Assembly: GCA_964036045.1 (NCBI GenBank)
Contig: OZ038379.1
Coordinates: forward strand, 22,320,001 to 22,384,000
Direction of reading: 5' to 3'
Length of the DNA: 64,000 bases
Source: Eutreptiella sp. 'Long Island Sound 2002'
Lineage: Eukaryota > Protista > Euglenida
Shown here piece after piece: positions 12,225-23,646 of this stretch. Each line of letters begins with the position of its first letter. Within the stretch, counting starts at the first letter, position 1. The position numbers were made by a program, and so were the translations under genes. The notes beneath the pieces are model-generated. The model searched no databases. It was not told the DNA's origin and was given only the letters and a program-made list of their open reading frames with translations.

Positions 12225-13698
12225 CATCCTGAGTATTCAGTTTTACTAGCTGGCAAAAACAAAGCAACAACAGTCAGGGGAAGTGGGGAAGTAGTGCTTC
12301 AACATTGGATATTCCAAACCCCAACCATTCCGCAAGCCTTGTTTTAATACTTCCACATGGGCAATTCCATTAGGTGGTTGAACAGGTCAATGCAAGGTGG
12401 GCAGGAAGTGGCTGAACCCTTTAGGCAGGCATGCGTGAGGGAAGAGTGGGTGTCAATTGCACACTCAAAAGGCCGTGTGTTACAGGGGTTGTTTCCACCA
12501 ATCTAATGGTGCTGGTTGGGTTTGGGCAGCACCTTAACCTTGCCCCCACGTCCCCTACTCCGTGTTGTTCTGAAGCGTTGTACTTGAACCCTTTGAGTGC
12601 AAGCGACACACGACCCTGAGCTGGGGCAGAGGGAAATGCACCGCAAAAATTCGCATTTCTAACATTCGGAATCCTGAAGTAGAGGTTATGAAGGGGTTGG
12701 GCACTAGGATTTGGACATTCAACAATGAATTAGAAGCCCGCAACCGCAGCAAACACAGGGAACCAATATCTAGACAGACTATCCCGCGCAGCACGGCTGA
12801 GTGCCAGCCAATGGCAGTGCAAGCTATCAACAGTCCCAACCACTTGTGTTGTCTATAGACTCACAGCACTGCAAATGCACACTGTTGATGTCCAGGCGAA
12901 ATGGATACTGTGTTCCTCAGGGTTGGACCCCAACGTCCACCTTCTCTTGATCTGGAGCCCAACCCTTACTCGTCACGAAAATTGGCATCCTAAAGCGCTC
13001 CAATTTCTCACATCAATGACCCTTCACCCTCGACGCATCCCCCTTGAAGGATTTGGCTGCCGAAATGCCGTGAGGCTGACTCCGCCCCTGACTGTTCTAC
13101 GGCAGGCCTCATTCAGATGACGAGCGTGGCATTCTTCAGTGTTTTTTGCACTGAAATGTTTGTTAGATCGTTTGGGGGAATATTGGCAGCTCAACTGGAG
13201 ATGTTTTTTCCAGATTCTGCGCTACCCTTAAACTACTCTTGCCTACCCCTGATCCAAAGTCGTCCTCTTGCCGTGACCGTAGTGCTGACTCTGACCTGAT
13301 GCCAACTCCCCTGCCCCTCTCTGACCCTGGACTGCTCCCATGACCGTGGACATATGTGACCAGTGCCGTGACAATGACGACGACCTCAGAACGAGGTCTC
13401 AGACAAACGGACAGGAACAATGGACCGAGGCTGCATGCGTTGTTAGAAAGAGGCTGGGAGGCCAGTGCCTTGGTTGCAAGGAAAAGGCGCCATTCAACTT
13501 GGGATGGGCAAACACAAAATGTCAAAGGTGAGAACACCCAATCCCCTGGCTTGAAAATGGCGTTTACAAACACATCCAGACGTGGGTAAACCGTGGTTCG
13601 TGGTCCCTCCTTACTCGTTCAATCCCCAGAACGACCTTATTTCCCCTGCCGTTCTTCTCCTGATTCTCAGCAATTCCATCCCCTACTGAGCCAGAATC

Positions 13699-16600
13699 CT
13701 AGTCATCGTCTGCAGCTGGGGCGGTCGCATCAGCCAGCGCCGGGGCTGCATCCACCTTGTGGGGCTTGGGCAACGGCGCCGTATACGCACAGATCTTCTC
13801 TTGCAGTGGGTTTTCGGGCTCGTCAGCAGTCAGCTCTGCCCCTCCAACAGCATACAATAGCCCGTTGTGCTGAACGTGGTGGATACAAAGGGAAGAAGGG
13901 TGAGTCAGGATGGTCCATAGCAGGACGCAAGTGGTAGGGCAGGCAGCGCAGGGAGTAGGAGAGAAAGATAAAGTTATGAGATGCGGTGGGATAAGTGCAT
14001 CGTTTGGCATGAGTTTCCGACGGGAAACGACCCTCTCCAACTCTCCACGCATTCGACGCCGCCTATTTACGCATGAGAGAAACAATAAGGGACGCCGTGC
14101 GTCAGACATGGTGTGTGTCTGTGTGTGGCCCGTCCACTGCCCTCGCCGTGGGGCGACCCCCTGCATCTCCCTACAACCGGTCCGACCCTTGGATGGGTGA
14201 CCATCTGCTGCGAGTGGTCCACCCCCCACCCTGCACCACACAGGCAGCACACTGCAATGAGTGCCACGGCGTATGTCGCATTTGATGTGCGGTTCAACCA
14301 ATGCAGCTGCAATTACCCCCGTCGTTAGACACCGTCCTGGTATTCATCAACGGAGGGATGGAGGCTCTTGACGTCGGTCAGGGGAGGCTGGGGTGTAACA
14401 GAAGTCAGGGGCGTAACAGAAGTCAGAGAGGTCTCCAGCCGTTGCCAGAGTAAGTCTGTCGGCCCAAGTTCCCTACCCGTCCACCTCAGCCACACCCTCC
14501 CCGTGTAAAACATGTGTGGCCGTTGCCGTCCTCTCGGGAGGAGGTGCCCAGAACCCTTCAACCTCCTGCTGTCGCCACGTGAGCCATCTCAGTAGATGGT
14601 GTGCGGTGGAATGGGACCCCACTGCCCATGATCATCACCATCACGACTGCAGCGGTCTGCCCTCAGCGTGACCCGACCCAAATCCGCACGCAGACATACC
14701 GCTTCGAGGGTGTGCGCAAACCGTTGCCGGGCGCAGATAATCGTGACGTCGCCGCCAGGACACTCCTGAGTGGCAGTCTCATGGGCCAGATCTAGGGCAA
14801 AAATGCACAGTCCTCGCAGACCTCACGCCCGTCATCCCAGGTCCTCCCCAAAGTTCCCAAGCCCCACACTGCGCACACTAGTGCTGAGGTCACAGAACGG
14901 CCCTGCCAGCAGCTCTTTGGACAGGCGACGTGCGCGTTCGGATGCCAAAGGCGCTGTCCGCGTGAGAGTGAATGACAACGGTGCTGCAGCTCCGAATGCC
15001 GGGCGTGCAACGGCGTGGGAGGCTGAAGGGACGGGCCGGACGAAAATGGCACAGGGGCGGAGGAGGCCTTTGACAAGCACCAACGGTACCCAGGAAACAT
15101 TTGCCGTGCTGCCGCCTGTCTGTGGGGGGTGCGGGGGGGCTATGCGTCAACCACCACAGAGGCACCAGACACTCATGCCCGACTCCTCCCAAATGCATCC
15201 CTAACCACCCGCAAAAACTCAACACAATGGAAAGAACCCACAGCTCTGCTTATTTGGCCCCCCTTCTGAGCACGTTTCCGTTTCTTGTCCATTTCGTTGA
15301 CATGCAGGATTGCCAAATGGCCCCCCGTGTCATTATTGGTGTGCAGGCAATCATGTGCCAAAATGTGTCCCACTGCGCTGTCCTGGTGTGTGTAGTAGCT
15401 CGGGTTGAAGAATCCAGTAGCCCTTGACGCCCTGCCCAAAGAGGAGGAGTACCAACGGGCTATCAATCAACACAAAAACATCCGGACATGAGCGGGTTTT
15501 GTAGCAAAATTGTAGGGCGTTGTAGAATGCTCTGGCAGGCGTCCAAATCCCCACCAACGCGCCCAAACATCGAGGGCTGCAACCGTTCGTGCTAGGCCCT
15601 TCGAGCCCCCCTCCAAAGTAGCAGTGTTCGAGGAGTTCGATGACCGTGTCAAATGGGATGCACAATGCCACCCCCATCCCCCACAACGCGTTGTTTGCCA
15701 TTATCCGACAGCCTTCCCACATGTCCCCTGCGCAGTTGTATGTGAAATTATGGAGAATAATGAAAAGGCAAAACAGCTGTTTGGACTTGGGAGCCCTCCC
15801 CTCAGCCTGGAAGGGGGCATGGCCTCGTGTGCTTTGCGCCAGGCAATGGCTGCTCGACAATCGTCGGAGTCCCTGTCGCTCCTTTTTGACACCCCGCTTC
15901 ATCATGCGGGGCTTGACTATCCGAGCCGCTCCCGATGGATCCAGCGCTGCCCCTTGCCCTGAGCGGGAGGTTTTAGGGGCACGAACCACACCTATGACCA
16001 ACATCACATCGTCGCTCAATCCTGTGTCGCACACCCCTCCAACCAGCAGCATCTCAATGGCCGTGGTGGGACTGGAGGAAACAACTGTGGCTGCGTGTGC
16101 CATGATTCCGCCCGCAGCACCGGCCAGCGAAATGGGCTTCCATTCGACACTGTCTTTCCCTACAATGTGGGAGCAAGGGCACAGGGGAATGTACTGTAGC
16201 ACTGAGAATGGAAGCAACGTCAACCCAATCTTACGTCAAGAAAAGAGGAGTGCACTAGGGATGCCCCTGTCCAGGATATGCGCCACGACCATTCCATTTC
16301 GCTGCGACCCCCATTCTTCCACTGTCTCCTGTCGTAGGGCTGGGGATGATTGCGCCTTCCTGTTGGTGGCCATGAAAAGCTGCTGTACAAAACGAATCTG
16401 GAAGCAGACCCAAAGCTGAGTACAGCCCGCACTGCAGAGTGACGAGCATGCAACAAGATGGAAATATTCGGACAGCAGATGTGGCATGAAAAGATGGGTT
16501 TTGGCACCACTGTGAGTGCGGGACTTAGAAGTTGCCTTGGACACAAAACAATGTGGCATGCCTGCCGGTCAGGATACACTTGAACACCCGACTGTTGCAG

Positions 16601-19600
16601 GATCAATTCGTCTTTGTCACTCACACTACCCATCCATTATGATGGTGGTCAAATGGATCAAGGAAGCAACCTCGTTCGCACAATGTCGACCCCCACCACA
16701 CACCTCTCTGTCACCCATGCCGCATGGGGGGGACGTCTCCTCGCTTCTGTACGCAACCCCCCCCCCCCAGTAGAAGTAGGCCAAAGGCCCCCATGGGGGG
16801 GGTCTTTGGGGGGGGGGGGGAGCCGCCAAGGAGGGCTTCTGTGGGGGAATGGCTAGTCGCTAAGGGGGCACAAAGAAGAGCACAACAATTATGCAAAAAC
16901 CACAATGAAGCGTCTTGTAAAGGCGCGCAGATTGTGAGTCCGTATCCCCAACTTGAGGGGCCACGCCAAAGGGTTGGAAAGAGAGAAAGAAAGACGAAAG
17001 AAAGAACGCACTATGTAACCACCGGCGTTTGCCCCTAAAATTTTTGGGACTGCAGTGGAGCCGGGGAAGAGCTCCAATTGCAAGATCTTCACTTCGCAAC
17101 AAACAACATTTGCACAGCGCCTCGTCTTGCTAATCTGGCGCTCAAAACATGCATGGTTTGATGAAACGGAAGCCTCCCATCCATGCTCCAATGCATGGGC
17201 AGGAAGGGGTGCCACGTGGGCAAGGGGGTGTGCCTCCTATCCACGCTCCAGCGCATGGGCAGGGAGGGGTGCCACATGGGGTAAGGGGAATGAAAAAAAG
17301 TTTTTTTCAAGCGCCTTTGGCGCCACCATATGTATGGCCAGCAGCTACCGACCCTTGGTAACTAAGTGGGCCTGGAGGGCAAGGAGGGGGGGGGGGGGGG
17401 GGCTCGCGTACCCGAACTGAGGAGACGTCCCCCCCGTGCCATGCCGCGTCCCCTCAAGGGCTGCATCGCATGCGAATCATGACACTAGATTCCGCCCTTA
17501 GATCAGGGCTGTCATACCCCCCCCCTTATCGTTCCCCACCCCGGTGAAGACGGTCCCCCACCACCCCCTTGGGGATGGTCACCAAGTGACGGTCCCCCAC
17601 CCCCCCCCCAGGGGACCACACCCCCACCGTACACGCATATTTGCAGGCACGGAAATTGCAGCATAAAACGAAAGAATTCAGCATAGGATGTGTTCAAAGG
17701 GCTGCCAATGTACGGAGACCTACTCCTTGACCGGCTCGGTGCAAAATTTCTTGGTCCTGCTCCACTTCACCTTGAACTCTTGCACATGCTCTCCACTTTC
17801 CACTAGAATGCTTTGGGCAGCACTCTTGGGTGGTGGTTTTGCCTTCTTGGTAGGAGGCTTGGGGGGCGCAAGCAGATTTTTGGGAACCCATTTCCCTTCG
17901 GGAATGTCCCTTGTAAAATACAACTTGTTCACCGTGCTCGGAATGTCCAATGACCTGCGCCAAAACAGGTTCCCCCGTGGTTGTGCTATCAAGTTCCATT
18001 TCAGCGAAAGTGAGCAAAATGTTTGGCCATGAGTGCAAGGGATGCAAGTGGTAGCGTCCCACAACACAGTCACCCACACAACAACACAATGAGCCGCAAC
18101 GAAAAATTTTGGGTTGACCAAGTGACCCCCCCCCCCCCCCGGGGAACGACAAGGGGTGGGGAACGACAAGAGGGGGGGGGGGGTACGACATTTGGTGAGC
18201 CACGCGGCACTTGACCACTGACAAAAGTCGTTGCAGCCCAAACACGAGCATGCAACCACCAACGATGGCGGTTACCAGCCGCTAGACGCTGACTTTCGTC
18301 AATCAAAAATAACACCTTGTCCCCCTTGGACCCCCCACTTCAGAGTACCTCTCGGGAGGAGCGGCGGTTGACAAGCCCATGCCCCTTTCTGGATCAACGA
18401 ACAAGCATGTGCCCCTGTGTGACGTGAATGCCCCTGAAACGGCTGCACTGCCTGAGCAGCTCCTTCTTCTCCGCTTTCGCAACCGTGACCTCGTCCCGGG
18501 CCTCCAGGGGTCCGTATTGGCGTGCGGCGCCTTTTGGTGGGCGCCGGTTGTTGTGGTTGTTGCGGTTGCAGGGGCTGCCGCCAGCGGTTTACGCGCACCA
18601 AACGCTCACGAAGGCTGGTCATGTGCTGGCCAGGTACCGGGGGAGATGCGAACGGGCGATCTCACTGATTCTTGCAACCTGTTCACTATGCGCATGGTGT
18701 GCGCTGCTCGATCCCTGTGCCCAAAATGCCCGGGGAATTGGTGTCCCCTAAAAATGCTGTTTCCCGGAGCAGGGGTGGGAGGGGGGAAATGCTTAGGATG
18801 GTTTGGCTTTGGGAGGTTCACGCGTACTTGGGCTCCAGCAACACCGGCACGGAGGAGCATGCAGCCCTGCTGGAGGCTGCCATGGTGACGTCAAAAAGCG
18901 GTCAAGCGGGGGGAGGGGGCATCATAAATCCAAACTGGTGGACATCTACGTTCTTCAGCACCGGCATATCCCTCCAACACATGCGTATGCCGTGGCACAC
19001 GGTCTTCCTGGGGACAGCTATGAGGCTGAAATGCGAGGCCATCACCTTGAATGGCCTACAACTGATCTCTCCTTGAGCTCTCCCCAAACTCCCTCCTCAA
19101 CCAGGCACAGTCAATTCCACATCGCAAGCCGGAACTGTCATGTCCACAAACCACACCTACGTCGCACACGAAAAGGTCACCGAGGGGACCATTCGCACCC
19201 CGGCCTCCATGGAGCACCAGATGATGGCCAGCCGCGTGGCACACATGCATCTCCCTGGCACAGGGCCAGGGGGACGCATGGGGTACTGGAGTCCAAGTGC
19301 GGCTTCCTGCAGCGTGAGAACAGAGTCCGAAAAGGAGGGAGAGACCGTCAAACACACGGTGTCAGGAATGGATGCTCATGCCTCTGCACCACTCCAGCTC
19401 AGCACCCGAGCTGCAGCCCCGGCATCATCAAAGCATAAACGCGGCGGACTGGAGGGCACTGGCGTGGGACATGCGCAGTGCATTAAAGTTTCGGAAGCGG
19501 CTGCAAAGCATAGCAGGCGGCTACCGAGTTCATGGAACGAGCTGGCGTGGGGTGGGCATGTCACATGTTGCCGCTCTGACAGAAAATGGCAAACCGTAAA

Positions 19601-22600
19601 GGCGTAGACGTTGAGGCGGTCAGGGTGACACACCGATATCAAACACAAACATATCATCCAAAGGACCGTCGTCATCATTGCCGCCAAACAAATACAATTT
19701 CCCATCTGCAAAGGGTGCCATGGAGAATGGAACAAGCGGTGCGCACCGTTGCGCCCCAGCCTGTTTCCGTTGAGCGCAGCAATAATCGGTCTGTCTGTCT
19801 CTCCTTTCAGCACAACGCTAAAGCGTTTCTGTCCAGTGCTGACCGATGCTTGATGTCACGGCTGCACTGCGACCAGATGAATGTTGGTAGCATCCACTGC
19901 TGTGTGTCACTGCGATCGAGCATGGCACAATGCGGGACGGGCACGGCTGCCAGCACACAACAACAAGAACTGGACCACTGCATGGCAACCATCGTCAAAC
20001 TTTCCGCAGCCCACCGGAACGTCCACCTCAGCAACCTGGCGATCTCCTGCTCCCCTGTCTACCCCTGCCAGCATGGAGAGCTGCCTGGACACCGGTGCAG
20101 GGACTTCTATGACGTGGTTTCCAGAAGGCTACTAATTAAACATCCCCTTTTTCGTCGATATATTGACTTTAACAACGCCTTCCAGTCCCGTAAGGGGCCA
20201 ACTGCAGCCCACTGCCCTGACCCTGTAACGTACCTGAGTAACACATAGAATGCCCGGAGCGTGCACGTGGCGCAGTGCCACTCTGTTGAACTTTGTGCCA
20301 CACGCTGGTATCGACTCCAACTGAGGGACAGTGTGAAACTTCAGCGACCTTGGGGTGACACAGATTTTCACAGCAATTATCAGACGGATGCAGAAACAGA
20401 CCCATAGCATTGGTTCCAGGACACATGTCAGGCAATCAGGCAATAGACTGAGTTTGGGTGAAGGTTGGCATGTTTTTGGTTGTGGGTTATGTGTACTCTT
20501 GTATGAGGATCGGCATGTCTTTTGGCTGTCTGGAGCTGTCTGCAACAACACAGTGTGAGGTCCCGCATTACATTGCTTCAGGAAAAAATTGTTTCTGGTA
20601 CGTCATGCGAAAGATGTGCACATGCCCATGACCAGCCTTTGCCTTGTGTGTTGGCTAAGTCTTGGGCCCTACTCAGAATGGGTACCAGTCTTTTCCTTCT
20701 ACCCCTTAAAAACACACAGATCTCAGCATGATGCTTCTCAAGGTAAGGCACCATGCACAGAAAATTGTACACAAGCTTGGCAGGAAATTGTGAAATTTGG
20801 GACTGTGATATGTAGCGGTATTTTGGCATCCTCAAATGCCTTTACCAAAGGGCAATGTGGGCTGGAGCCCATCAGCAGTGAAAACACGGTGTTCTCTAGG
20901 CTCTGGTTTCTTAATCACCAGCATGGAAAGCGTCGGATTGGACTCTTTTTCTCGGAGCTTGAAACCTGGCAATTTGCCACCGACTTCACCCTTTCAAATT
21001 AGCGCAGGCTTGAAGTGCTTGACGGCTCCAAGCAAACACAACCGTTCCGTTCAGCATCAGTACCATGCCATAAAATCCAAGAAACTTAGGTGTTTCAAAA
21101 AGCCATCCAAGACGGGCCAACTCGAGGGTGCAAAAGGTCTCTTCTTCCCCAAGTGTGTAGGTTTCGCCAGAGGTGTGGAAGTACACAGAGTTCCAGGCGC
21201 AGGTTCCAGTGCAGGGGACAAGGAAGGTGCTGCCGCTGATAGTGATGGTGATAGAAGATCTGTCAATCACTTACAAAGGAGCACAGCAGTGTTTCACAGC
21301 CTTGTGACCCTGTACTCAACCGGCGGCAGGAACAAGGCCTCCACACACCCGTGTATAGAACACAGGTGTGCCTGGCTTAAAGAGAGACAGTTGCATTGTG
21401 CGTCATATCAAACAATAGAGAGCATCAGCCACAAGGCACCTTGGCATATGAAAAACGGTGTCAGCAGCCAGAGCCACTTGTGTTAATCAAAATTGTCTAC
21501 AAACGGGAAAATATCAAAATTGCACGGAACAAAAAAGGAAAAACGAAGCTGCTCAGAGTGACCATCAATTTGGCACTGAAATAATTTGGGTGCCAGGAAA
21601 ACGTGGTCCCACATAGCTCAGACAAAGCGTAGCTTGGACAAGGGGAATGCAACTCCCACGTCTTTGTGTGCATGTGTGTGTAGGCATGCGAGCTGGTGCG
21701 TGCTGTTGTTTGTGGCGTGTGCATGTTGAGCCATCTGGTTGTCCAGTGCCTGTTCTGGAGCGGTTTGGCTGATTCCTGGTCCCTGACCCTGCACCCAGCG
21801 GCAGACAGTAAATTTGCAGACACCCAATTGACGGGCGGGAGCGCGTGGCCCCGCATTTATAAAGAGAGAACACACTGTGGCAGAAACGTTCAGTGGTGCC
21901 AAACTATGGTTTGTGCGAAACCAGGGTCTTTCCTACAAGCGTCTGCATCAACCAATGCAGAGTGCGTTGTGTGCATTAAAACGAACGAGGGCTGCTGTGT
22001 GGTGCTCGCAATGCAGTGGCCATATTGTTGCAGTATTTGAACCTATTTGCTGCGTTGCAAGTGGGGCTGGGGGGGCAGGTTGGCCTGGCGTTGGCCGCCC
22101 GTATTATCATACAGAACTACACAGAACCCGTCACCGAAGTTCGTGTGCACGGAATCTTCGAGAATTCTTTGCAACCATCTGCCATTTTTCCAGTGTGGCA
22201 GGTTGATGAAGGCTGTGGAGGGTTAAGGGTGCACAGACACAGTCACACTGCTCATGCACAAAGGTGCTGGCACACACCGTCCAGAATCCACATATCGTCG
22301 TAGACGTGCTTCTCAGGCATCTGGATAATACCCCCAAATATCAACACCTCGTGATCTGAAATGGCGCATGCCGCATGGCCATTACGCGGTTTGGGCACGA
22401 CGCTGGACTTGACCTGGACTCGGTGCCACTGCCGCTCTGCAAACACAAGCACACGATAGAGGCTTCAAACGGAATGCCACGACGGTGCACTTTAGTTTCG
22501 TCGTATTGCTGTCATAATTTGGTTACCACATGCAGGTTCTACTAGACAGTCGCCGGGAGTGAAGCCAGAGACTCTCAACACTCGCCCGTGGTCGAGGGTT

Positions 22601-23646
22601 TGCATCCAGGGTCTGACACCAATGCTGGGGAAATAGGACTCATGCCCTGAAGTACAATCTGGGAACTTGTCAGAGGTAAATCCCATACCTGCAGGTGACG
22701 CTAAATAACACACTAGATGAACAACGGCCACAGGCAGGCGGCCAATACAACCACATAAGGGGCCTAAAATCCACATTTTGCAGTGTGGGGGCGGGGGGGG
22801 GGGGGCTGACATGCAAACCATGGACTGCAGCAGGCAGCAAGCAGTCCATGCAAGCCATTTCACCCTATCTTGCGTGTAGACACACATTATTTACTCGGCC
22901 ACTTGCAGCGGCGTGAATGGGGATACCCAGCTGACATTCACGTCCCATGGTGCCCCAGCCAACAAACACACCGTTTTGTAAGGTCAAGAACCAGACGTCA
23001 TTGAAATGAAGACCACATCGGTTAGCCCCTCCCAATAAGTATAGGCGGTCACCCAAAATCGTGGTGCAGTGTCCGGCACGCCCTATGGGCACTGTGCTGC
23101 CTGTGCTGCCGTCAAACTGCACATCATCCCACTGCAGCTGCATGGAACTGTGACAAAGGGAGGAAGCAAAGAGAAGTAAGCCGAAGGGGTATCCTGTGCT
23201 TCATTCTCCGCTCCCGCAGCACAGACTTGACATAGCACCATATCGATACACCTGCGTGCACATGAATGTACTTTGTACAGTGGAAACGGGTATTTGGGGC
23301 AGAGAGCATGTACAGCACTTGCGTAGGCAGCTCAATATACGCATCAGCCCAGGTACCCATGCCAAATTCGAAACGGTGCTGCATCTTAGGTTTTGGCATG
23401 TACCGACAACAAAAGCTGGCCTCTCTGGCGGCAATCTACAACTTGTTCGTGACGTTAAGCTTGCCCACATGTGCACAGACGCAATGGGGGCCGATCAGTC
23501 AGGATGAGCACAGGGCAAATGCAATGTCGCCTGAACGTTCTGCATTTTGCACACACCTTTGCACTCGGTTTCTCAACACCAATTTCTAGTGCATTGGCAG
23601 CACAATTCGGTGGCTCCATCAGCGAGGTACTTATTAGAGCCATCAT
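13699..23646 (-). CDS. Kelch-repeat (beta-propeller) protein, multi-exon
   Basis: In-phase GT-AG chain: 23557-23646, 23319-23435, 22972-23137, 22278-22436, 19157-19306, 15992-16159, 14879-15022, 14700-14791, 14333-14387, 14049-14062, 13699-13869 (1326 nt, 441 aa plus stop). Four consecutive exons each encode one kelch blade: VPIGRAGHCTTILGDRLYLLGG..FNDVWFL, PKPRNGHAACAISDHEVLIFGG..YDDMWIL, PCAREMHVCHAAGHHLVLHGG..LGDLFV and IMAHAATVV..MLLVGG..LSDDVML. The last exon has HNGLLYAVGG. The four blade exons are solid. The first two exons and the 14.0-15.0 kb exons rest on phase consistency only. Confidence 0.8.
17175..17282. repeat. Tandem duplication of a roughly 60-bp unit
   Basis: tcccatccatgctccaatgcatgggcaggaaggggtgccacgtggg recurs as tcctatccacgctccagcgcatgggcagggaggggtgccacatggg. 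Confidence 0.8.
17510..18190. mobile_element. TIR-bounded element (about 680 bp) with an internal open reading frame
   Basis: The left arm tgtcatacccccccccttatcgttccccacccc and the right arm ggggtggggaacgacaagaggggggggggggtacgaca form about 35-bp imperfect TIRs with TGT...ACA ends. No clear TSD. It lies in the kelch-gene intron 16160-19156. Confidence 0.65.

Noticed and set aside
16220-16400. PTGRRNH kelch-like motif with a GTAAGA donor
   Set aside because: The 19157 exon splices in phase directly to 16159 and gives a canonical blade junction (DLFVCDVGKDSVEW); this segment's phase does not fit.
15640-16419. 259-aa plus-strand ORF
   Set aside because: Antisense shadow of the kelch exon and the minus-strand 290-codon frame.
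20986-22212. Candidate extra kelch-gene exons (22212 onward and 21270 onward)
   Set aside because: Direct 22278-19306 splicing yields WILDGSRTW, a complete blade junction; the candidates introduce stops or lack kelch motifs.
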